A DNA stretch of 64,000 nt from Clostridia bacterium (GCA_017623455.1 JAGAPA010000012.1:982-64981); one strand, 5' to 3'. Positions 49,689-60,364 are shown, counted from the first letter of the stretch. Program-made: numbers and translations. The notes: generated by a model not told the origin, from the letters alone.

Positions 49689-49765
49689 GGGCCTTTAGCT
49701 CAGTTGGTTAGAGCAGCCGGCTCATAACCGGCTTGTCCGGGGTTCGAGCCCCTGAAGGCCCACCA
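49689..49765 (+). tRNA. tRNA with CAT anticodon, likely tRNA-Ile2 (lysidine) rather than elongator Met
   Basis: Acceptor GGGCCTT/AAGGCCC, anticodon loop CTCATAA, encoded CCA. The body resembles Bacillus tRNA-Ile(CAU) from memory, so identity is not certain. Confidence 0.8.
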
Positions 49766-49792
49766 AATTTATTTATATATACCATTTTTAAT

Positions 49793-49869
49793 GGCCTGGT
49801 AGTTCAGTTGGTTAGAACGCTAGCCTGTCACGCTAGAGGTCGAGGGTTCGAGTCCCTTCCAGGTCGCCA
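49793..49869 (+). tRNA. tRNA-Asp (anticodon GTC)
   Basis: Acceptor GGCCTGG/CCAGGTC, anticodon loop CTGTCAC, GGTTCGAGTCC T-arm, encoded CCA. Confidence 0.85.
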
Positions 49870-49877
49870 TTTTTTTT

Positions 49878-49953
49878 GCCTCGATAGCTCAGTCGGTAGA
49901 GCAGGGGACTGAAAATCCCCGTGTCGGTGGTTCGAATCCGCCTCGAGGCACCA
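49878..49953 (+). tRNA. tRNA-Phe (anticodon GAA)
   Basis: Acceptor GCCTCGA/TCGAGGC, anticodon stem GGGGA/TCCCC with loop CTGAAAA, encoded CCA. Confidence 0.9.
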
Positions 49954-49960
49954 CCTTTTT

Positions 49961-50035
49961 GCTGGAGTGGCTCAACGGTAGAGCAGCTGATTTGTAATCA
50001 GCAGGCTGCGGGTTCAAATCCCATCTCCAGCTCCA
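49961..50035 (+). tRNA. tRNA-Thr (anticodon TGT)
   Basis: Acceptor GCTGGAG/CTCCAGC, anticodon stem GCTGA/TCAGC with loop TTTGTAA, encoded CCA. Confidence 0.85.
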
Positions 50036-50066
50036 CTACGTTTACTACCCCCAAATTAATATATAT

Positions 50067-50151
50067 GGACAGGTTCCCGAGTGGCCAAAGGGATCAGACT
50101 GTAAATCTGACAGCTCCGCTTTCGGTGGTTCGAATCCACCCCTGTCCACCA
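50067..50151 (+). tRNA. tRNA-Tyr (anticodon GTA), long variable arm
   Basis: Acceptor GGACAGG/CCTGTCC, anticodon loop CTGTAAA, long extra arm, encoded CCA. Length is 85 nt. Confidence 0.9.
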
Positions 50152-50153
50152 CG

Positions 50154-50185
50154 AAAAAAGACATACCAATCGGTATGTCTTTTTT
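50154..50185 (+). terminator. Intrinsic terminator of the tRNA operon
   Basis: Perfect hairpin AAAAAGACATACC-AATC-GGTATGTCTTTTT. Confidence 0.8.
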
Positions 50186-50199
50186 CGTGTGACAGGGTA

Positions 50200-50440
50200 C
50201 ACGATAAGAACGATATTTTGACGTTAGTCAAAAATCGTTCGCGACACGCAGTGTCAAAGGCGCGTTAGTCGCCGCTACTCCACCCCTCCAATCTTGTTCT
50301 TGTTCTCACCGAGTAAATCGTTCGCTGTGCGTAGCACAAAAGGTTGAGATTGCCACGTCGCTTTGCTCCTCGCAATGACGAAAATAATGAACTATTATCT
50401 TAATCAGACGGACGATTCCTGAATCGCCCGTACAATTTCT
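50200..50440. repeat. Cluster of short degenerate repeat motifs (AAATCGTTCGC..., a GAGATTGCCACGTCGCTTTGCTCCTCGCAATGAC element, GACGATTCCTGAATCGCCCGTACA)
   Basis: Two AAATCGTTCGC-N-CAAAAGG-like units. One 34-nt element at about 50346-50380 is related in form to the GIY-YIG-flanking repeats. One unit is related to the motifs at 58110-58211. The region is non-coding. Confidence 0.5.
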
Positions 50441-50563
50441 TTTGTTTTAATTTTTGGGTGTGTACCTGCGCGCATCAGCTACTCAACCTCTTATTATAAG
50501 CGGTTTGATTTTAGTACGCTTAATTATTGCAAAAATCAAATAATGGCGAAATTTATTAACTTA

Positions 50564-50592
50564 TTGACATAATAATTATTATATGATATAAT
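50564..50592 (+). promoter_or_regulatory. Sigma-A-like promoter with extended -10 upstream of the K+ uptake operon
   Basis: TTGACA (50564-50569), 17 nt spacer, TGATATAAT with the -10 hexamer at 50587-50592. This leaves a leader of about 70 nt before ATG 50669. Confidence 0.5.
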
Positions 50593-50668
50593 TAACGATA
50601 ATAATTACAAAAGGAACTATCTGACTGTAGGGGATCTGGTTCCTTTATATTCTTTTTGAGGAAATTTT

Positions 50669-52030
50669 ATGATTAGTAAAAAGAAGTTTACATTTTCAAC
50701 CACGCAAGTAATATTGCTTAGCTTCCTATTAACCATTCTTGTAGGAAGCGGGTTGTTGGCATTACCGATCAGTTCCGCTAACGGAGAAGCCGTTCCGTAT
50801 ATTGACGCGCTTTTTACCGCAACTACCTCTACCTGCGTGACAGGGCTTGTTACACTTCCCACGGTGTCCACCTGGAGCTTATTTGGTCAAATCGTCATTC
50901 TGCTTCTGATACAAATTGGTGGATTGGGTGTAATCACCGTTATGTCAGGCGTAATGCTTATGTTTAATAAAAAAATTGGAATCGGCAACAGTTTGCTTAT
51001 TCAAGACTCATTTAATCTCAATACAATGTCGGGGCTTGCCAAATTTGTTAAGAACGTGCTATTCGGCACTTTGATTATTGAGGGAATCGGCGCTATTTTA
51101 TACATGTTCGTATTTATCCCTGAATTTGGAGCAAGAGGTATATGGATATCAGTTTTCAATTCGGTTTCAGCATTCTGCAACGCAGGTATCGATATTATTG
51201 CCCAAAACAGCCTTTGCAATTATGCCACGAATCCGCTTATCAATATAGTTACGTCCGCGCTTATTATTCTTGGCGGTATAGGATATATTGTATGGTGGGA
51301 CGTGCTTCGCGTTATCAAAAATCACTCACGAAAAAACATCAACGTATTCAAACATCTGACCTTACACTCAAAGATTGCAATTACAGTCACAGGGGTACTC
51401 ATACTCGTCGGCGCAATTCTCATATTTGTTTTTGAATATTCCAACCCCTTAACGATTGGAAAGATGTCACTTTTTGATAAAATTCAGGTATCTTTCTTCC
51501 AATCAATCACCACAAGAACTGCCGGCTTTGCCTCCGTTCCGCAAGAACATCTAACAACCGCTTCCGCCGTCATATCTGTAATTTTGATGTTCATAGGTGG
51601 CTCGCCCGTGGGAACGGCAGGCGGTGTAAAAACCACGACTATTGCAGTTCTTATCTGTTCGGCAGTTGCCACCATCAGGAACAAAAACAATGCAACACTA
51701 TTCAATCGCCGTATTTCTGACGGTTTGGTAAAAAAAGCTGTTGCTACAGTCGTAATATTTCTTATAATCTGCACAACGTCAACGGTGCTTTTGATAATAT
51801 CCAGCAATGCTTCTGCGCTTGACGCTGTCTATGAAACGGTTAGCGCAACGGCAACCGTTGGACTTTCAAGGAATTTAACGGCTACACTTAACACGTTTGG
51901 AAAAATAATCATTACGGTAACTATGTATTTAGGAAGAGTTGGACCCATTTCTCTTGCGGTAGCACTTGGCAGTACAAATAAAAACCAGAACATTATTTCT
52001 GAGCCAATAGAAGATATTAGTATTGGATAG
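50669..52030 (+). CDS. ktrB: TrkH/KtrB family potassium uptake membrane subunit
   Basis: Polytopic protein with repeated pore-loop glycines (TTSTCVTGL, SAFCNAGI, TTRTAGF, SATATVGLS), typical of the Trk/Ktr/HKT family. Confidence 0.85.
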   Translation: MISKKKFTFSTTQVILLSFLLTILVGSGLLALPISSANGEAVPYIDALFTATTSTCVTGLVTLPTVSTWSLFGQIVILLLIQIGGLGVITVMSGVMLMFNKKIGIGNSLLIQDSFNLNTMSGLAKFVKNVLFGTLIIEGIGAILYMFVFIPEFGARGIWISVFNSVSAFCNAGIDIIAQNSLCNYATNPLINIVTSALIILGGIGYIVWWDVLRVIKNHSRKNINVFKHLTLHSKIAITVTGVLILVGAILIFVFEYSNPLTIGKMSLFDKIQVSFFQSITTRTAGFASVPQEHLTTASAVISVILMFIGGSPVGTAGGVKTTTIAVLICSAVATIRNKNNATLFNRRISDGLVKKAVATVVIFLIICTTSTVLLIISSNASALDAVYETVSATATVGLSRNLTATLNTFGKIIITVTMYLGRVGPISLAVALGSTNKNQNIISEPIEDISIG

Positions 52031-52039
52031 GAGGAATTT

Positions 52040-52690
52040 ATGAAAAAACAGAAAACTTACGCGGTATTTGGTCTTGGAAGATACGGCACAGCCGTGGCAA
52101 AAGCGCTTGTTGAAAATGATATTGAGGTTATTGCGGTAGATTCCGATGAAAGAATCGTAAACAGCGCAGCCTTATATCTGCCCGTATGCAAATGCGCGGA
52201 CGTGACCGATGCAGAGGTTATCTCCCGTCTTGGAATCGGAAATATCGATACGGTTATAATTTGCATGGCAAGCAATCTTGAAGCGAGCGTAATGGCAATA
52301 ACTCTTTGCAAAGAAATTGGAGTTAAAACCGTAATCGCAAAGTGCTCCAATGAAATGCATCAAAAAATAATGCTTCGTGTGGGGGCAGATCAAGTAGTCT
52401 TTCCCGAAAAAGAGTCCGGTACTCGCCTTGCAAAGAATATTCTCAGTTCCGGGTTTATCGATATGATTTCTCTGTCAAACGACGTATCTATCGTTGAAAT
52501 TGACGTGAAAGACGAATGGTGCGGTAAAAACTTGATAGAATTAAATCTCCGTAAAAAATACGGTTTCAATATTATCGCAACCAAAAAAGGCGCAAACGTC
52601 AGCGTTAATATCAATCCCGAACAACCGCTTGATACGGAAACTACTTTGATTGTTATTGCAAACACTGCCAAATTAAAAAAACTTAAATAG
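52040..52690 (+). CDS. ktrA: TrkA/KtrA NAD-binding (RCK) regulatory subunit
   Basis: N-terminal Rossmann motif AVFGLGRYGTAVAKAL and a C-terminal RCK_C-like segment. It starts 9 nt after ktrB. Confidence 0.85.
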   Translation: MKKQKTYAVFGLGRYGTAVAKALVENDIEVIAVDSDERIVNSAALYLPVCKCADVTDAEVISRLGIGNIDTVIICMASNLEASVMAITLCKEIGVKTVIAKCSNEMHQKIMLRVGADQVVFPEKESGTRLAKNILSSGFIDMISLSNDVSIVEIDVKDEWCGKNLIELNLRKKYGFNIIATKKGANVSVNINPEQPLDTETTLIVIANTAKLKKLK

Positions 52691-52763
52691 GATCTATTAT
52701 TAAGTGGCGACAATTCGTCAGCGACAATAAACGGTAATTGATATTTTACTTTCTAAAAAACAG

Positions 52764-52810
52764 ATAACTTGCTTCCTTAAAACATACGGGAAACAAGTTA
52801 TTTTGTTTTT
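52764..52810 (+). terminator. Intrinsic terminator after ktrA
   Basis: Hairpin ATAACTTGCTTCC-loop-GGGAAACAAGTTAT followed by TTTTGTTTTT. Confidence 0.55.
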
Positions 52811-53033
52811 AATACTATCTTTTATTTATATTTAGCTAATCCGAATAATAACTAAACGTGGCGATACGGGGCGGAAATCTTAATACGCGCTCAAAATACG
52901 ATAAGTTACTACTCAAATACTGTAAATATATAAAAAACGAGCACGGCATACAGCACCGAGCTCGTTATAATTAATATATTTAATTTTGTCCAAACCTTTT
53001 TGCGTTCACATCATTGCTTACCGTTTTTTGCGT

Positions 53034-54416
53034 TTATTTTCTTTTTTTAGTGGGCTTTTTAGCGGAAAAGCTCTCTATAAAGCTTCGTTCTTTTGCAAGA
53101 CGGTTACCTTTTTGCGCGGTGGGCTTTGCCTGCTTGACGGGCTTGGATTGCGCAGTTTTTTTAGGCTTATTTTTCTTTTTTACACCGTACGGCAAAGTTT
53201 TGCTGTCGGGCAATCTTTTGCGTTTTTCATAAGCTTTCTTTCTTGCTTCCGCCAAGTATTCGTCACGCTTTTCCTTTCTCGTTTGCTTTTGCTCTCCCTT
53301 TAAGGTGAACTTGGTTTCAAACTCCTTTACCTCGTTACCCGTTGCCTCGATTATTGCGTCGAACTTGTTCTTTTGATACGGTGTGTTGATAAGCGTAAAC
53401 GCCTTTCCGCTCTTGCCTGCTCTGCCCGTTCTGCCTATGCGGTGAACGTAATACTCGTTGCTTTCGGGAACATCGTAGTTAAATACAACGTCCAGTCCGC
53501 TTATGTCAAGACCACGGGCGGCAACGTCGGTTGCAATAAGCACGGGAACTTCGCCGTTTTTGAATGCTTTTATAGTGTGCTTTCGCTCGTTTTGAGGGAT
53601 ATCACCGTGTAATTTTACCACAGAATATCCATTTTTATCCAAAGACTCAAACAGGGAGTCTACCATTTTTTTTGTATTACAGAAAATTATGGTACGGGTG
53701 GGAGCAAGCGTATCCAAAAGGTTGCGGATTGCCATATTTTTGTTTTTCGTGTCCGTTCTTACGTAATACTGCTCGATAAAATCGCTATCGTCACCCTCAT
53801 CCGTTTCGATAGATACGGGGGATTTCATATAGTTTTGAGCAAGTTTTTTTATCTCGTCGGGCATCGTTGCACTAAAAAGCGCGGTTTGACGGTCTTGCGG
53901 AGTTTTTTCGAGAATGGTAACGATATCATCCCTAAATCCCATATCAAGCATTTCATCCGCTTCGTCGAGTACGACAAACTTGACTTCGCTTAAATTTAGC
54001 GTTTTACGGCGCAAATGGTCGCAAAGCCGTCCGGGCGTTCCGATGACTACCCTTACGCCTCTTTTTAGGTTTATTATCTGTTTTTCAATATGCGCTCCGC
54101 CGAATACAGGAAGAACGTTACAACCCTCTCTGAACTCGTTAAGCTTACGGATTTCGTCACATTCCTGACTTGCAAGCTCTCGGGTAGGACTTAATATAAG
54201 CACCTGCGTAGCCTTATTTTCCACGTCCACAAGTTCGAGAGCGGGGATTGCGTACGCGTACGTTTTACCCGAGCCCGTTTTGGACTTACCGATAACGTCA
54301 ACTCCGCTTCTGAGTAACGGTATTGCTTTTTCCTGAATGGGGGTAAGCTCTTCAAAGCCCTGTTTCTCAATCGCCTTGATAAGATATTCGTCTTTTAATA
54401 TTTCAGTAAATTTCAT
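53034..54416 (-). CDS. DEAD-box ATP-dependent RNA helicase with a lysine-rich C-terminal tail
   Basis: Q-motif region, GSGKT (motif I), VLDEADEML (DEAD), SAT and HRIGRTGRAG are all present. The basic tail is KKKNKPKK... Confidence 0.9.
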   Translation of the reverse strand: MKFTEILKDEYLIKAIEKQGFEELTPIQEKAIPLLRSGVDVIGKSKTGSGKTYAYAIPALELVDVENKATQVLILSPTRELASQECDEIRKLNEFREGCNVLPVFGGAHIEKQIINLKRGVRVVIGTPGRLCDHLRRKTLNLSEVKFVVLDEADEMLDMGFRDDIVTILEKTPQDRQTALFSATMPDEIKKLAQNYMKSPVSIETDEGDDSDFIEQYYVRTDTKNKNMAIRNLLDTLAPTRTIIFCNTKKMVDSLFESLDKNGYSVVKLHGDIPQNERKHTIKAFKNGEVPVLIATDVAARGLDISGLDVVFNYDVPESNEYYVHRIGRTGRAGKSGKAFTLINTPYQKNKFDAIIEATGNEVKEFETKFTLKGEQKQTRKEKRDEYLAEARKKAYEKRKRLPDSKTLPYGVKKKNKPKKTAQSKPVKQAKPTAQKGNRLAKERSFIESFSAKKPTKKRK

Positions 54417-54419
54417 TTC

Positions 54420-56315
54420 TTAGATTTCTTTAGTCTGTTTAATTAAATTTGCTACCGCGGTTGCGGTTCTGCTGTACAAGGCTGACCACTTACCCGTCAT
54501 TTGCTCCTCAATAAGCTTTTTTACGTTCTCTCCGTCTTCTATTGCAAGGCGCTTATATTTATCGTCGTAAAATTTCTTATACCGCACAAGATTGGATAAG
54601 TACGAATAAAACTTAAGCAAAATCTGCGCTTGATTGTACAGTGAATACGTATAATAATCCTTGTTCTTTTCGGGTTTGAATACGTTTTTAATATCGAACA
54701 ACAACTGTAATAGCGCGCTCATAGACGATTCTGCACCCTTTAGGAAAGCTGAAAGATCGACCGACAGCGAAACTCCGTAATTGTCGTCGTAATCAACCTG
54801 ACGGGATCTTACGTGATTTTTAAGCAACGATAAAATCTTTTCGCTGATCTTAAAAACAAGCGAATCGGTGTATAAACATTCTGTTCTGATATATGCCGAC
54901 ACAAATCTCTCATATACCGTTTTTATCGCATACGTACCGTAGATATCGTAACAAAACATTGCAATAACGTTGGGCGCGACAGACGTGTGCTGGGCAACTT
55001 TTCCAAACACATAAACGTTGAAAATATCCTCTCTGATATTACCAACGCTCAAATATGCGCATTTATTGCATCCTACTTTATCAAGCACCGTGAGGTTTTC
55101 GGGGATGTTAACGTCGGGGAACTGTACTACGTGAGTTCCGTTTTCTGCATTAATACCCATAAAGGCGTAGCCGGAAACGCAATCGTTCTTTGTGCGCTTA
55201 AACTTTTTAGCGATTAACGCAGGCGTATTCAGTTTTTTGACAAGCACGACGTTTTCGCTTGGAGTAAAATATTTCTTTTTGATAGCGAGCGACAGATACT
55301 TATCGTTGTATAGAATAAATGTTGCATCCTTGCCCACGATTTTATTTACGATAGAAATTTGCAAATCAATAACTTTTGCTACCATTTTTGCAAAATCGTC
55401 CTGATTTTCAAACCGTCTTAAATCGTTAAAAACGTGTGTGGAATACTGAGTTTTGAGCATACCGAGTTGGTATACTACCTTTTTGTAGTTACCCCATTTT
55501 TTTACGTACTCTTCCCACACCGTTTCAAAACATTTAGGATTGTCGGTATACGAAGCTTTAAGCTGTTCTTTGTTCTTTGCCGTCCAGTAATAATTCCAGG
55601 TATTTGAGCTTACGCCAAGCGGTTCGTAAAAGTTTTGTGTAATATAAAGACCTCGGCTTGTTACGCACTTTACTACGTCCTCTTCGTGCGGGTTTAGGAT
55701 GTTGAGCATGGTCATTGGAACAAAAAGATTATACTTAAGTCTTAATGCCAATCTGCACGCGTTTACTATTAAATCCGAAGACGGAACGGACGCAAACTTA
55801 TCGTTGTGGGAATATCGTTTTTCGCCGTTTGGAGAAAGCGCAATAAGCTCATCTTCGTCGCTTATGGCAAAACAACGGTATTTGAACGAAAAGGGTGAGG
55901 ACGTGTATTCGTTTATGCGTACATCCTTCATTTTTTCGTATTTACCATCAGTCCAATAAAGGAAAGGCTTTACACCGAGAGTGGACGCGCAAAACTCGTA
56001 TACCGCATACACCGTTCCAAGTTCGCCGTTGCCCAAAATAAAACACTTGTCAAAAGTAACGGCAATCTTGTGACCTTCTTCTATAGAAAGAATATCATTG
56101 TAATGCAAGCCGATATTGTTAAGAAAATCTCGCGTTTCCTGACTATCAAGATTTCCGATAAAGATATCGAAATTCTTATTGTATTCGGTTGTAGCGCCGA
56201 TAACATTCTCGATATCCTTGCACATATCGTCAATCGCATACCTTACGGCATCCGATTCGTGCGCAGAAAGAAAGAATCTTACCTTGTCGTTACTTAAGAT
56301 CATAATGTTCTCCAA
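54420..56315 (-). CDS. GH115-like (alpha-glucuronidase family 115-like) protein, short and cytoplasmic
   Basis: GTVYAVYEFCASTLGVKPFLYWTD, FKYRCFAISDEDE and ACRLALRLKYNLFVPMT resemble GH115 N-terminal and catalytic-domain motifs recalled from memory (GTIYG.YEL...GVSPWYWWADV; KYRGIFINDE; LLLRLKAN.LWPAM). No signal peptide. Length is 631 aa. Confidence 0.5.
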   Translation of the reverse strand: MENIMILSNDKVRFFLSAHESDAVRYAIDDMCKDIENVIGATTEYNKNFDIFIGNLDSQETRDFLNNIGLHYNDILSIEEGHKIAVTFDKCFILGNGELGTVYAVYEFCASTLGVKPFLYWTDGKYEKMKDVRINEYTSSPFSFKYRCFAISDEDELIALSPNGEKRYSHNDKFASVPSSDLIVNACRLALRLKYNLFVPMTMLNILNPHEEDVVKCVTSRGLYITQNFYEPLGVSSNTWNYYWTAKNKEQLKASYTDNPKCFETVWEEYVKKWGNYKKVVYQLGMLKTQYSTHVFNDLRRFENQDDFAKMVAKVIDLQISIVNKIVGKDATFILYNDKYLSLAIKKKYFTPSENVVLVKKLNTPALIAKKFKRTKNDCVSGYAFMGINAENGTHVVQFPDVNIPENLTVLDKVGCNKCAYLSVGNIREDIFNVYVFGKVAQHTSVAPNVIAMFCYDIYGTYAIKTVYERFVSAYIRTECLYTDSLVFKISEKILSLLKNHVRSRQVDYDDNYGVSLSVDLSAFLKGAESSMSALLQLLFDIKNVFKPEKNKDYYTYSLYNQAQILLKFYSYLSNLVRYKKFYDDKYKRLAIEDGENVKKLIEEQMTGKWSALYSRTATAVANLIKQTKEI

Positions 56316-56410
56316 TTGGTTTTATAACAATATAATAACATATATTGAAAAAAATAACAAACAATTTAAGCAAATTGAGAAAAATAGTTGAATTTTTATT
56401 GATTACACGA

Positions 56411-56444
56411 AAAAAGCGATCCGTATTTTTCTACGAATCGCTTT
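56411..56444 (-). terminator. Intrinsic terminator after rplS
   Basis: Hairpin AAAGCGAT-loop-ATCGCTTT with an A-run on the plus strand (a T-run on the transcript). Confidence 0.5.
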
Positions 56445-56456
56445 CTGTTTGTTAAA

Positions 56457-56804
56457 TTAAACGGTTTCCTTAAGTTTTGCAGCCTTACCGGAACGCTCTC
56501 TGAGGTAATAAAGCTTAGCTCTTCTTACCTTACCATGTCTGATAACGATGATCTTATCAATACGGGGAGAATGTACCTGGAAAGTTCTTTCAATACCGAT
56601 ACCGAAGGATACTCTTCTTACAGTGAAAGTTTCTCTAACTCCGCCGTTCTTCTTTGCGATAACTACGCCTTCGAACGCCTGAATTCTTTCGTTCTTTCCT
56701 TCTACTACCTTTACCATAACTCTTACGGTATCACCTACTTCAAACTTGGGAACATTGTCACCGGTTTTCATGTAATCTTTTTCAATTGCTTCAATAATGT
56801 TCAT
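56457..56804 (-). CDS. rplS: 50S ribosomal protein L19
   Basis: ...FEVGDTVRV...[40 protein letters not shown]....V...[12 protein letters not shown] is canonical L19. Confidence 0.95.
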   Translation of the reverse strand: MNIIEAIEKDYMKTGDNVPKFEVGDTVRVMVKVVEGKNERIQAFEGVVIAKKNGGVRETFTVRRVSFGIGIERTFQVHSPRIDKIIVIRHGKVRRAKLYYLRERSGKAAKLKETV

Positions 56805-56900
56805 GACTTACTAACCTCCTTAATTTTACATTATGTTCTTATAGACCTTTCGCTACATTGGAACACACGAGTCACGCATAATATTATACACAAACGCAAG
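56805..56900 (-). promoter_or_regulatory. rplS promoter plus a structured leader of about 70 nt (possible L19 autoregulatory leader)
   Basis: On the minus strand: TTGATT, 17 nt spacer, TATAAT, then a leader in which ATTATG...CATAAT can close a hairpin before AAGGAGG. The match to the Rfam L19 leader is not verified. Confidence 0.3.
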
Positions 56901-56960
56901 GGATAAATCAAGCGTTTTAATGCCGTTTTTTTAACTTTTTTAAGGTTTTTTTACCTTTTT

Positions 56961-58106
<1,146 letters not shown>

Positions 58107-58149
58107 TTATCGGGCGATTCGGCAGTCGTCACCCTACAGTGGGTGGGTT

Positions 58150-58211
58150 TTGTACGTTCGCAAATCGTCACGACGGGGTATAGTTGTACGTTCGCAAATC
58201 GTCACGACGGG
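58150..58211. repeat. Two perfect 28-bp direct repeats (TTGTACGTTCGCAAATCGTCACGACGGG) separated by 6 bp, preceded by a degenerate third copy
   Basis: Copies lie at 58150-58177 and 58184-58211. The related GGGCGATTCGGCAGTCGTCACCCTACA lies at about 58112-58138. All sit in the queA-tgt intergenic spacer. Confidence 0.85.
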
Positions 58212-58270
58212 AATTGCTACGTTTATAACAGAATATCGGCATTACGCATACGGATCTTTCACTTAAGGGA

Positions 58271-59299
58271 TTATAATATAAACGTAGAGTCGCCGAACGA
58301 GAAAAATCTATATCTCTCCTTTACTGCGCTTTTGTACATATTAAGCGCGTTTTCTCTACCCATAAAAGCAGATACGAGCATTACCAAAGTGGATTCGGGG
58401 AGGTGGAAATTCGTAATAAGAGAGTCTACCATCTTGAACTTATAAGACGGATAGATAAAAATCTCGGTAAATCCGCTTTCCGCTTTCATTTTGCCGTCCT
58501 GAGTGCTTGCACTCTCCAAAACTCTAACTGAGGTAGTTCCGCAAGCAACGATGCGCCTACCTTCGCTTTTAGCTTTGTTTATTGCATTTGCTGATTCTTC
58601 CGTTACCTGATAGAATTCACTGTGCATTTTATGCTCTAAGACGTTTTCTGTCTTTACAGGTCTAAACGTTCCCAAACCCACGTGCAGGAGAACTTTTACT
58701 ATTTCGACGCCCTTTTCTCTTAATTTTTCCATAAGCTCGGGTGTGAAATGCAAGCCTGCGGTAGGTGCGGCTGAAGAGCCTTCTTTGTTGGCATAAACAG
58801 TCTGATATCTCTCTTTATCCTTAAGTTTTTCGTGGATATACGGTGGAAGTGGCATTTCTCCTATCTTGGAAAGAGCATCCTCGAACACTCCGTCAAATAC
58901 AAAACGGACTTTTCTTAACCCCTCCTCGCCATACTCCAAAACCTGAGCCTTTAAGCTATCGGAAAACACAATCTCCTCGCCCGGTCTTGCTTTTCTTGCA
59001 GGGCGAACAAGAACTTCCCAATCGGTAAGATTAAATCTTTTATGAAGCAAAAACTCCACTCTTGCGCCTGTTTTTTTCGTTCCATATATACGCGCAGGCA
59101 AAACCTTGGTATCGTTTATAACCAATACGTCGCCTGCATTAAAATAGTCTACTATATCATAAAAATGCTTATCGTGACGCATCTCACCCGTTTTTCTGTC
59201 ATAAACGAGCATTCTCGAGCTATCTCGTGGCTCTACGGGAGTTTGTGCAATAAGCTCTTCGGGTAAATCGTAATAAAAATCGTTAGTCTTAAGAGTCAT
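58271..59299 (-). CDS. queA: S-adenosylmethionine:tRNA ribosyltransferase-isomerase
   Basis: N-terminus FYYDLPEELIAQTP.EPRDSSR.L and C-terminus GTTS.R.LES are canonical QueA. Confidence 0.95.
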   Translation of the reverse strand: MTLKTNDFYYDLPEELIAQTPVEPRDSSRMLVYDRKTGEMRHDKHFYDIVDYFNAGDVLVINDTKVLPARIYGTKKTGARVEFLLHKRFNLTDWEVLVRPARKARPGEEIVFSDSLKAQVLEYGEEGLRKVRFVFDGVFEDALSKIGEMPLPPYIHEKLKDKERYQTVYANKEGSSAAPTAGLHFTPELMEKLREKGVEIVKVLLHVGLGTFRPVKTENVLEHKMHSEFYQVTEESANAINKAKSEGRRIVACGTTSVRVLESASTQDGKMKAESGFTEIFIYPSYKFKMVDSLITNFHLPESTLVMLVSAFMGRENALNMYKSAVKERYRFFSFGDSTFIL

Positions 59300-60352
59300 T
59301 TAGTCCTTAATATCCTTTTCGTAAAGTTTAGCGTCTTTCGCTTTCTCTTCGTCCATCTTGTAACCCATATGCTCGTAAGCATTGGAAAGCGCGATTCTGC
59401 CTCTTGGGGTACGCGCAATAAAACCAAGCTGAAGAAGATACGGCTCTAATACGTCCTCAATTGTTACCGCATCCTCGTTTATGGATGCAGCCAAAGTGTC
59501 AAGACCTGCAGGGCCTCCGTTGAATTTCTCGATAAGGGTTTGCAACATTTTTCTGTCGTTTGTGTCCAAACCCAACTCGTCTATCTCTAAAAACTCAAGA
59601 GCTTTTCTCGTTATTTCTTTAGTAACTTTTCCGTCGCCCCAGACTTGAGCAAAATCTCTTACGCGCTTTATAAGTCTGTTTGCAATTCTCGGTGTTCCTC
59701 TCGATCTGCCGGCAAGCTCTATTGCCGCGTCGTCATCAAGGTCGATACCCAATATCTTCGCACTTCTGCGGATAATGGTTGCAAGCTCGTTCTTGTTGTA
59801 AATTTCAAGCCTGCAAATTACGCCGAAACGATCTCTGAACGGGCCTGTAAGCATACCTGCTCTCGTCGTTGCGCCGATAAGAGTAAACTTAGGCAGATTA
59901 ACTCTCAAAGTTTGCGCGGACGGACCTTTACCTATCATGATATCGAACGCGTAATCTTCCATTGCCGAATACAGCTTTTCTTCTACGTTGCGCGAAAGCG
60001 CGTGAATCTCGTCTATGAAAAGCACGTCGTTTTCGTTTATGTTGGTAAGTATTGCCGCAAGATCGGCAGCTCGTTCTATTGCGGGTCCCGACGTAATTTT
60101 TATATCTACGCCAAGCTCGTTTGCAATAATATGCGACATTGTGGTTTTTCCAAGCCCGGGAGGTCCGTATAAAAGCACGTGATCAAGCGCGTCTCCGCGT
60201 TTTTTACTTGCCTCAATAAAAATTTTCAGGTTAGACTTAACCTTATCTTGTCCGATATAATCGTTAAAAGTTTTGGGGCGAAGAGATTTTTCTATAGCCT
60301 CTTCATCAAACGACGATAACGAGCTTGTTACGAATCTTTCTGCATTTTCCAT
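59300..60352 (-). CDS. ruvB: Holliday junction branch migration DNA helicase RuvB
   Basis: [25 protein letters not shown] and GTPRIANRL. Confidence 0.95.
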   Translation of the reverse strand: MENAERFVTSSLSSFDEEAIEKSLRPKTFNDYIGQDKVKSNLKIFIEASKKRGDALDHVLLYGPPGLGKTTMSHIIANELGVDIKITSGPAIERAADLAAILTNINENDVLFIDEIHALSRNVEEKLYSAMEDYAFDIMIGKGPSAQTLRVNLPKFTLIGATTRAGMLTGPFRDRFGVICRLEIYNKNELATIIRRSAKILGIDLDDDAAIELAGRSRGTPRIANRLIKRVRDFAQVWGDGKVTKEITRKALEFLEIDELGLDTNDRKMLQTLIEKFNGGPAGLDTLAASINEDAVTIEDVLEPYLLQLGFIARTPRGRIALSNAYEHMGYKMDEEKAKDAKLYEKDIKD

Positions 60353-60364
60353 ATTTACCCCTCC

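Noticed and set aside
49921-50268. A 115-aa plus-strand ORF and the 84-aa minus-strand ORF at 50617-50871.
   Set aside because: The first is read straight through the tRNA-Phe, tRNA-Thr and tRNA-Tyr genes. The second is antisense to the start of ktrB. Neither is coding.
49389-50460. A possible integrated mobile element or prophage at the tRNA cluster.
   Set aside because: No integrase, recombinase or phage genes lie on either side, and I found no direct repeat of a tRNA 3' end. Only short degenerate repeats are present.
50593-50668. A possible c-di-AMP (ydaO/kimA-type) riboswitch or other riboswitch in the ktrB leader.
   Set aside because: The leader is only about 70 nt and holds a single modest hairpin (AAGGAAC...GTTCCTT). 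That is far too short for the ydaO pseudo-twofold architecture, and I could not see its conserved ACGGGG/CCCG-type cores.
52986-53303. Plus-strand ORFs 52986-53303 and 53014-53232, which have hydrophobic Leu/Phe-rich translations.
   Set aside because: They are antisense to the lysine-rich tail of the DEAD-box helicase. AAA/AAG codons read as TTT/CTT on the opposite strand, so this is a compositional artefact.
58150-58211. A possible CRISPR array formed by the 28-bp direct repeats.
   Set aside because: There are only two perfect copies with a 6-bp spacer, no array structure, and no cas genes in the window.
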